From: Bryobacteraceae bacterium
GTDB taxonomy: Bacteria; Acidobacteriota; Terriglobia; Bryobacterales; Bryobacteraceae
DNA: 64,000 bases
Assembly (NCBI GenBank): GCA_031969915.1
Contig: DALYJJ010000002.1
Coordinates: forward strand, 12,209-76,208
Direction: 5' to 3'
The notes below the pieces were generated by a model, which did no database searches, was not told the origin of the DNA, and saw only the letters and a list, made by a program, of their open reading frames with translations. This document shows, piece after piece, positions 58,801 through 64,000 of the stretch. Made by a program: the position numbers and the translations under genes. Each line of letters opens with the position of its first letter. Position 1 is the first letter of the stretch.

Positions 58801-59158
58801 CGGCGGCGGTTACCTCGATGGTTGACTCGACGCCCGCCACTTGGAGACGGAAGTCGACGGGCAGCCGGCCGTCCGCGATCAGGTTATTTCCTGTGCGCTC
58901 GCTCTTCTTGAAGCCCGTCAGCTCGGCGGTCACCGTGTAGTTGCCGACCGGGAGCGGTGTTACGACATAGTAGCCATCGGCATCGGTCGTCGCAAGACGT
59001 ACTAACTTGGTGGCTTCGTTAGTAATCGTGATCTTCACGCCGGGGATGACGGATCCGGTGGCATCGGTGACCGTGCCGGAGATGCGGCCCGTAATGCTTT
59101 GGGCAGTGAGAGGAATCGCGATCAGGAACGCTAGCAGGAAAGGCGCGGCGCGGCGCAT
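55817..59158 (-). CDS. TonB-dependent receptor with N-terminal carboxypeptidase-regulatory-like domain
   Basis: MRRAAPFLLAFLIAIPLTAQSITGRISGTVTDATGSVIPGVKITITNEATKLVRLATTDADGYYVVTPLPVGNYTVTAELTGFK, followed by a plug and barrel. The protein ends ...IQLGLKFNF. It is a paralogue of 44081..47449. Confidence 0.88.
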   Translation of the reverse strand: MRRAAPFLLAFLIAIPLTAQSITGRISGTVTDATGSVIPGVKITITNEATKLVRLATTDADGYYVVTPLPVGNYTVTAELTGFKKSERTGNNLIADGRLPVDFRLQVAGVESTIEVTAAAGEAVNTVSGEVGRVIDTAQVQDLALNGRNYMQLTSLIPGAVLLDEDQLALTTNLSITAQSINGTRGNTNYLALDGGSNMDSGSNGSQINNVGVDFIREVNIKSSAFSAEFGRNSGSSINVVTRGGGDRYHGGIREFFRNNKLDARNTFSPARPPLRFNNFGWDLGGPIVRGKLFFFGGQEFKRIRQYTTPTRRSLPTRAERAGDFTLRSGNLREPGTTTAIVGRNIASRITPQGRAIAKVYDAMELLAASYSDTTTSNNTVFQIASPFNWRQDIARLDYRQSDKHSFYFRYMHDHYDLVDPFGVFFGSQMPMTPTERNRPGWNYQIAHTWLPSPSVVNELKLNSSWNGQRIPMVGDAWKRSTYGLEYPLVYNANSWTGAGSDGMPDITISNFANINGPRQALMSPTTDIQFMESFTFIMRAHTLKAGFTVIRNRKDQNGRSQFRGSVAFNTSGNNLTTANAFADALMGNFRTYTEASGDPTGFFRFSSYEGYLSDAWRVNRKLSLEIGVRWQRNDPTYTQANNITNFVPALYNPAQAVTVLPNGTIVAGSGNVYNGLVRGGSGVPDEELGRLLSLDKAALALIPAGAPRGLYDVTTLFAPRISLAYAPFRHNRTAIRAGFGIFHDKPEGNIIFPMVNYTPWLQSVSLENANLSDPRSGRASALTPFANIDAIDPSLEIPYTMTGNFGIQHELPFGTFLEVTYVGTFGRHLLRQPDINYLTLPELRAINEIPTAQRPSLNSVRPYRGYSSIRQRLSDSTSNYHALQTYVTKRKGRMNFTLSYTWSKVLAGASGNGDNPDSGIFWRDRNYSYGPASFDRSHVFVTTYSYRFPTLRAVRKKAFGRAALGGWEVSGIVRGQTGGPLTISASTLYTGGRRANYLGGNPINNTRDPNMYLNRDVFAPAEEDQEGTSGAGNVRGPGLYLWDFSLRKETVVDKERGWRLRFQADFFNMFNRANYRNPGASWGSLITPDNNFGTITTAGPPRNIQLGLKFNF

Positions 59159-59298
59159 TCAATACCTCCGGATACGGATGGACGAAATAGTCCAGGCGAT
59201 CCTACCACCAGGGTCCGGTAACGTCAAACGGCATCCCTTGCAGTACAGTTTTCGACGCTGGCGGAGGCGCGCCGTGTAGGCACGGTTGGCTCCCGGCG

Positions 59299-60156
59299 TT
59301 GTATGGTAGTCGAGGAATGACCTGGGATGACATCCGGACCCTTGCGCGTGACGGCTCGCCGGCGGAGGCCGTCGATGCCGCGAACGCCTTCGCCCGCGAG
59401 CACGGCCATGCGGTGACATTCGGCTATCGAGATGGAATGTGGGTTCGTTCGGCCGACGACATGGAGACACCGGCGCCGGATCTCTTCGACGGGCCCGCCC
59501 TGTGGGATGTTTGGCAGGCGCAGCGGCAAAAGTACCTTCGCGATGCGGACGACTATTGGTTTCACGTCTACCGGCCGCGGGAAGGCGACGTCATCGTGGA
59601 CATCGGAGCCGGCCGTGGCGAGGACGCGTATGCGTTCTCCCGCGCGGCCGGCGCGGCGGGCGGGGAGTGGGCGGTTGAGCCGCACCCGGTGACCTTCGGC
59701 GCGCTACGGCGGCTCTGCGAATGGAACGGGCTTACCAACGTGCGGTGTTCGCAGGTGGCGTGCACCGAAGTGGCGGAGGATCTCCAGATCGAGACGCTGC
59801 CGCTGTGGGAATCCAACTACGTGCGCAGTGGTCCGGCGAGCGAAACGAGCTTCGCCGTGCAGTGCCGCCCGTTTGACGAGATCGCCGGCGAAGCGGGAAT
59901 CGGGCGCATTGACTTCCTGAAGATGAACATCGAAGGAGCGGAGCGGATGGCCTTGCCAGGGTGCCGGCGGGCCCTGGAGCGTGCGCGGTACGCGTGTATC
60001 TCCGCCCATGATTTCCGGGCAGACCGGGGCGAAGGCGAGGCATTCCGCACGCTGGCCTTCGTTCGGGCGTTCCTGGAGAACGCCGGGTTCCGCATCCTCA
60101 CGCGCGACGATCCGCGCTACTACGTTCCCTATCACGTGCACGCGTGGCGCGACTAG
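59299..60156 (+). CDS. FkbM-family SAM-dependent methyltransferase
   Basis: VIVDIGAGRGEDAYAFS (SAM-binding GxGxG-like), ...IDFLKMNIEGAE... and the family length fit. The track start is a TTG at 59299; an alternative ATG lies at 59317. Confidence 0.7.
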   Translation: MYGSRGMTWDDIRTLARDGSPAEAVDAANAFAREHGHAVTFGYRDGMWVRSADDMETPAPDLFDGPALWDVWQAQRQKYLRDADDYWFHVYRPREGDVIVDIGAGRGEDAYAFSRAAGAAGGEWAVEPHPVTFGALRRLCEWNGLTNVRCSQVACTEVAEDLQIETLPLWESNYVRSGPASETSFAVQCRPFDEIAGEAGIGRIDFLKMNIEGAERMALPGCRRALERARYACISAHDFRADRGEGEAFRTLAFVRAFLENAGFRILTRDDPRYYVPYHVHAWRD

Positions 60157-60171
60157 GCGGCCGGCGCTTGG

Positions 60172-61158
60172 CTATCCTTCCTTGCCGGACGCGTAGTAAC
60201 CCTTGCGCGCCTGCACCTTCAGGTCCTTGTTCTTGGTCTTGATCTCAACCTTGCGGAAACTGCCGTCCTTGGCCGGATTGGTGGGCGTGTAGCCGATCGA
60301 ATACTGGCTGCGCATTTCCTGCTGGATGTCGCTGAAGATCGATTCGAGCGGGTTGCCGCGGCTCACGCGGAACAGCCGGCCCCCGGTCTCTTCGGAGAGA
60401 CGCTTCAAGTCGCCGCCCCCGCCGCCGTAGCCGAAGCCGGTGTAGCGCGGGTCGGAGAACTCAATGCTGTAGATGATTGAATCGGCCTTCTGCGCGGCTT
60501 CCAGCGCTTCGCCGATCTTGGTTCGGCTACCCACATCGACGCCGTCCGTGATCAGGATCATCGCCTTGCGGCCCACCTGGCCGCGGAGCATATCGTTGGC
60601 CGCCAGGTACACGGCCTCGAACATCACCGTGCCGCGTTGGCCCGAGGTCGGAATCGGTCCCGGATTGATGCCCGGGAGGGTGGTTCCGCCGCGCACCTGC
60701 AGTTTGTCGAGTCCGGCACGCAGAAGTTTCGAGGAGTTGGTGTAATCCTGGAGGAGCTCGGTTTCCACTCCGAAGCTGATCAGGAACGCCATGTCTTTCT
60801 GCCGCAGTACCTGCGAGAAGAATTGCAGCGCGGCCCGGCGCTCGGTCTCGATCAGATTCTCCTGGCTCCGGCTGACGTCCACCAGCAGACCGATGGTGAG
60901 CGGCAGATCCGTTTCGCGAGTGAAGTACTTGATGGTCTGGGGGGCGCTGTTTTCGATCACGCTGAAGTCTTCCTGGGTCAGATTGCCCACCAGGCCGTTG
61001 CGCTTGTCGCGTACGGAGAAGAGCAGGTTGACGAGTTCAACGTCCACGCTGATGATGGGCCCGATATCTTCCGGAGGCTGCGCGGCGGGCTTCTGCTGGC
61101 CCCACGCGCGGGCGGCAACGGCAATCGGGAAGGCTCCCAGGAAGTGTCGGCGGTTCAT
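60172..61158 (-). CDS. VWA-domain protein (VWFA-related acidobacterial type), exported
   Basis: The ATG at 61158 gives MNRRHFLGAFPIAVAARAWGQ. The MIDAS-like motif is TIGLLVDVSRSQ. ...MILITDGVDVGS... and the C-terminal YSIGYTP....DGSFRKVEIK......VQARKGYY are typical of the acidobacterial VWFA family. Confidence 0.78.
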   Translation of the reverse strand: MNRRHFLGAFPIAVAARAWGQQKPAAQPPEDIGPIISVDVELVNLLFSVRDKRNGLVGNLTQEDFSVIENSAPQTIKYFTRETDLPLTIGLLVDVSRSQENLIETERRAALQFFSQVLRQKDMAFLISFGVETELLQDYTNSSKLLRAGLDKLQVRGGTTLPGINPGPIPTSGQRGTVMFEAVYLAANDMLRGQVGRKAMILITDGVDVGSRTKIGEALEAAQKADSIIYSIEFSDPRYTGFGYGGGGGDLKRLSEETGGRLFRVSRGNPLESIFSDIQQEMRSQYSIGYTPTNPAKDGSFRKVEIKTKNKDLKVQARKGYYASGKEG

Positions 61159-61228
61159 GATGTGACTACACCAGTGTAGATGCGCCGCCGCGCAGCCCGG
61201 TTCCCTCCACCGGTACACTGGACAGGAT

Positions 61229-61840
61229 ATGCGGCGGGCGGTGGCTCACCTGAAGCGCGCGGACGCGACGCTGCGCGGGATCATTGACGCGGTTGGACCG
61301 TGCCGCATCAGCTATCGCGAGCCGGAGTTCGAAACGTTGGTGCGGTCCATCGTCTACCAGCAGTTGAACGGCACGGCGGCGAGCGCCATCTTCGGACGGC
61401 TGCACGGCGCGGTGTGCCGCAACGGCGAGGCGATGACGCCCCGGGCCGTGTTGAAGCTGACGCCCGCGCGGATGCGCTCCCTGGGGCTCTCCTCGCAGAA
61501 GAGCGTCTACATTCGCGATCTGGCGCAAAGAGCGGTTTCCGGCGAAGTCGTTTTCGAAACCCTGCCGGACCGGTCCGACGAAGAAGTCATCGCGCACCTG
61601 ACACAGGTGAAGGGCGTCGGCGTCTGGACCGCGCACATGTTCCTCATCTTCGCTCTGCGCCGTCCGGACATCCTGCCCACCGGCGATCTCGGCGTGCGTG
61701 CGGCCATCAAGAAGGCCTGGGGCAAGGAAACGCTGCCCGCTCCCGCGGAGATGGAGGAACTAGCCCGCCCCTGGCGTCCGTACCGCAGCGTCGCAAGCTG
61801 GTATCTGTGGCGCAGCCTGGAGGGCGGCGCAGCGCTGTGA
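61229..61840 (+). CDS. HhH-GPD DNA glycosylase (DNA-3-methyladenine glycosylase II/AlkA-like)
   Basis: L.RSIVYQQLNGTAASAIFGRL ... LTQVKGVGVWTAHMFLIFALRRPDILPTGDLGVRAAI is the helix-hairpin-helix plus catalytic Asp region. Confidence 0.82.
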   Translation: MRRAVAHLKRADATLRGIIDAVGPCRISYREPEFETLVRSIVYQQLNGTAASAIFGRLHGAVCRNGEAMTPRAVLKLTPARMRSLGLSSQKSVYIRDLAQRAVSGEVVFETLPDRSDEEVIAHLTQVKGVGVWTAHMFLIFALRRPDILPTGDLGVRAAIKKAWGKETLPAPAEMEELARPWRPYRSVASWYLWRSLEGGAAL

Positions 61841-63720
61841 TTCGGCCCATTCTGCTGCTGGCTGGCGCCCTCGCGTTTTTTCGCGCCGTCCTGTTTGTGC
61901 CCGCCTACACCGTGCCCTGGGACTTCCGCGGCCACCATCTGCCCCTCGCTACCGCATACGCCGACGCGCTTTCCGAGGGCGTGATGCCGCTGTGGGACCC
62001 CTACACATACTGCGGCCGTCCGCTGCTCGCGAACCCGCAGACGGCGGTGTTTTATCCGGGCATGCTGCTCGCCGCCGCGCCTGGCCGCACCGGGTTGGCG
62101 GAACGGCTGGAGTGGCTGCTGGTGCTCCATGTCTTCCTGGCGGGGCTGTTCGCTTACCGGCTGGGGCGCAGGCTGGGTCTTTCCGCGGACGCGGCCCTGT
62201 TCTGCGGGTTCGCGTTTGAGATGGGGGCGTTCCTTGCTTCCCAAACCCAACACCTCAGTTCCGTTCTGGGGGCGCCGTGGCTGGTGCTGTCCTGGGAAGC
62301 CGTGCTGCTCACCGCGTCCTGGCGTGTGCCGGTGCTCGCGCTCAGCTTCACGCTGCACTTCTTCTGCGGCTTCACGGGGTACACGTTGGCATCGGCCGCG
62401 TCCACCGCGCTGTTCGCGGGGCTGGCCGTCGCCGCGCGCCGGGCGCCCGTGCGCGTGCTCGGCGAGATCGCCGCCGCGGCCGTGCTTTCCCTGGCGTTGG
62501 CCGCGGTGCAACTCTGGCCCGCGCTCGAACTGGTGGAACAGAGCGTAGGCAAGTACCGCACGGACTGGCTGAAGGGCGGAGGCGGCATCCCGCCGGCCGC
62601 GGTGCTGTCGCTGATCGTGCCCGACTACCACGGCGTGTTCGATCTGAAGACATTCCGCGGCGGTTATGAACTCACGTTCTTGTACCTGTTCAGCGGTTGG
62701 ACGACGCTCACGCTCGCCGTGTTGGCGTTGATCCGGGGAACGCGGCTCGCTCGCGTTACGGCCGGCGCAGCGGTCCTCTTTCTGGTGCTCATGCTGGGCG
62801 AGTACACGCCGGTGGGCGGTACCCTCTTCGCACTCGCGCCGGGGTTCTTGAAGAACACCCTCTACTGGTACGTCTTCCTCGCGCCGTTTTCGCTCGCTCT
62901 CGCGCTGGCCGCCGGCTTCGGCCTGGATGCCCTGGCCCTGCCGTCCCGATGGCGGTTCGCGCTGGCGTGCGCGGTGGCGGCGGAACTGCTGGCGGTGAGT
63001 TCCGGCCGCCCCATGAACACCGCGCGAATCGCCGACGATCCCGGCGATCCGCCTGAGACCGTGGCGCGCCTGGCCGCGCTCGCCGGCGACGGCAGGATCG
63101 ACACCATCGACGATTCGCTCCAGCTCATGACCACCGCGCCGGTCACGCGTCTGCGCGCGGCCGGCGGCTATGATCCGCTTGCGTTGGAACGGTTGATGCA
63201 GGTCCGGTTGCAAGCCGCCAAGGGGGAACGCTGGGGCGCCTTCTACCAGATCGAGCGCGTGGACTCTCCGGCCATCGACGCGATGGCCATCCGGGTTCTG
63301 ACGGCGCGCGGCGAACGCCCCCCGCTGCCCGGTTGGACATCCTCCGCCCTGCCTGGCCGGACGGTCTACGCGAAGGAAACACCGGCAGCGCGGTATCGCC
63401 TCGAAAACGGAACGGTGCGGGTGGCCGGCGAGTGGCGGCAGCGCGTGCTGCTGGAAACCGACGCGCGCGTCGCGTCGCGCCTGGTCACCTCCGAGGTTCA
63501 CTACCCCGGATGGATCGCGCGCGTGGATGGCCGCGAACAGCCGGTGGAGTACGTGAACACGGCGTTTCGCGGGCTCAGCGTACCGGCCGGCCGCCACCGC
63601 GTGGAGTTCACCTTCACCGCGCCGCGCCTGCTCCAGGCGATGCCGGTGAGCCTCGCCGCCATCCTGGTGTGGCTCGTGTTGATACGCCGCGCGGCGCGAT
63701 CAACCGAGGCGGTCGCGTAA
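61837..63720 (+). CDS. YfhO-like polytopic membrane protein
   Basis: The GTG at 61837 overlaps the upstream stop (GTGA). Upstream of that, track ORF 61300..63720 overlaps the glycosylase gene in another frame. VIRPILLLAGALAFFRAVLF...WDPYTYCGRPLLANPQTAVFYPG is followed by more than 10 TM helices and a C-terminal extracytoplasmic domain (HYPGWIARVDG...VNTAFRGLSVPAGRHRVEF), as in YfhO-family proteins. Confidence 0.65.
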   Translation: MIRPILLLAGALAFFRAVLFVPAYTVPWDFRGHHLPLATAYADALSEGVMPLWDPYTYCGRPLLANPQTAVFYPGMLLAAAPGRTGLAERLEWLLVLHVFLAGLFAYRLGRRLGLSADAALFCGFAFEMGAFLASQTQHLSSVLGAPWLVLSWEAVLLTASWRVPVLALSFTLHFFCGFTGYTLASAASTALFAGLAVAARRAPVRVLGEIAAAAVLSLALAAVQLWPALELVEQSVGKYRTDWLKGGGGIPPAAVLSLIVPDYHGVFDLKTFRGGYELTFLYLFSGWTTLTLAVLALIRGTRLARVTAGAAVLFLVLMLGEYTPVGGTLFALAPGFLKNTLYWYVFLAPFSLALALAAGFGLDALALPSRWRFALACAVAAELLAVSSGRPMNTARIADDPGDPPETVARLAALAGDGRIDTIDDSLQLMTTAPVTRLRAAGGYDPLALERLMQVRLQAAKGERWGAFYQIERVDSPAIDAMAIRVLTARGERPPLPGWTSSALPGRTVYAKETPAARYRLENGTVRVAGEWRQRVLLETDARVASRLVTSEVHYPGWIARVDGREQPVEYVNTAFRGLSVPAGRHRVEFTFTAPRLLQAMPVSLAAILVWLVLIRRAARSTEAVA

Positions 63721-64000
63721 CATCTCGCGCGCCGCGTTATAGCCGGGCGCGCCCATCACGCCCCCGCCCGGATGTGCGCCGGAGCCGCACAAATAGAGGC
63801 CGCGAATCGGGGTCCGGTAGCGGGCGAACCCCGCCACGGGCCTCAGTACGAACATCTGGTCAAGGCTCATCTCGCCGTGGAAAATGTTCCCGCCGGTAAT
63901 GCCGAAGCGGCGCTCCAGATCGAACGGCGTCAGCACCTGCTTGTCGATGATGATCGAACGGATGTTAGGCGCGTACTCTTCGATGAGTTCGATCACACGC
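63700..64000 (-). CDS. phytoene-desaturase-family FAD-dependent oxidoreductase (3' part only; 5' end outside the window)
   Basis: The C-terminal sequence ...RRFGITGGNIFHGEMSLDQMFVLRP......YRTPIRGLYLCGSGAHPGGGVMGAPGYNAAREML is the conserved CrtI/amine-oxidase-family tail. The ORF stays open to the window edge. Confidence 0.75.
   Translation of the reverse strand, partial: RVIELIEEYAPNIRSIIIDKQVLTPFDLERRFGITGGNIFHGEMSLDQMFVLRPVAGFARYRTPIRGLYLCGSGAHPGGGVMGAPGYNAAREMLRDRLG

Overview
Visibly GC-rich, densely coding bacterial chromosome segment. The gene content points to Acidobacteriota: two TonB-dependent receptors with an N-terminal carboxypeptidase-regulatory-like domain and a terminal Phe, an orphan duplicated MacB/FtsX permease, an acidobacterial-type VWFA protein and a PEP-CTERM protein. 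I support about 50 protein genes, 3 complete tRNA genes, 1 tRNA fragment and 2 intrinsic terminators. Most genes are saprotroph housekeeping: a hutU-hutI-ftcD-lipA block, nadE, secreted peptidases (two S41, one S9, one zinc metalloprotease), two Cys-type sulfatases, GH57 and clan GH-A-like glycosidases, an osmoprotectant ABC transporter, DinB-fold proteins and DNA glycosylase. I saw no rRNA, CRISPR array, transposase or integrase. Four things deserve a second look. (1) 39116..43873 is a tightly coupled three-gene operon: a LysM/PG-binding protein, a split OmpA-like/PG-binding protein, and a 773-aa protein with no family I recognise that carries an Ala-run and a glycine-zipper hydrophobic segment. 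None of the three has a signal peptide, and no secretion, phage or mobility genes lie nearby. This is my best candidate for an undescribed system. (2) 48701..49022 is a tRNA-Leu(UAA) gene interrupted by a 233-nt group I (IC3-like) intron between U34 and A35. (3) tRNA-Sec (selC) sits between two HD-domain hydrolase genes on the same strand. (4) 48541..50737 is a scarred accessory patch: a tRNA-Leu 3' fragment read through by a chimeric ORF, a HigB/HigA-like pair and a lower-GC PEP-CTERM gene. Every family call comes from motif recognition by eye; no database search was run.
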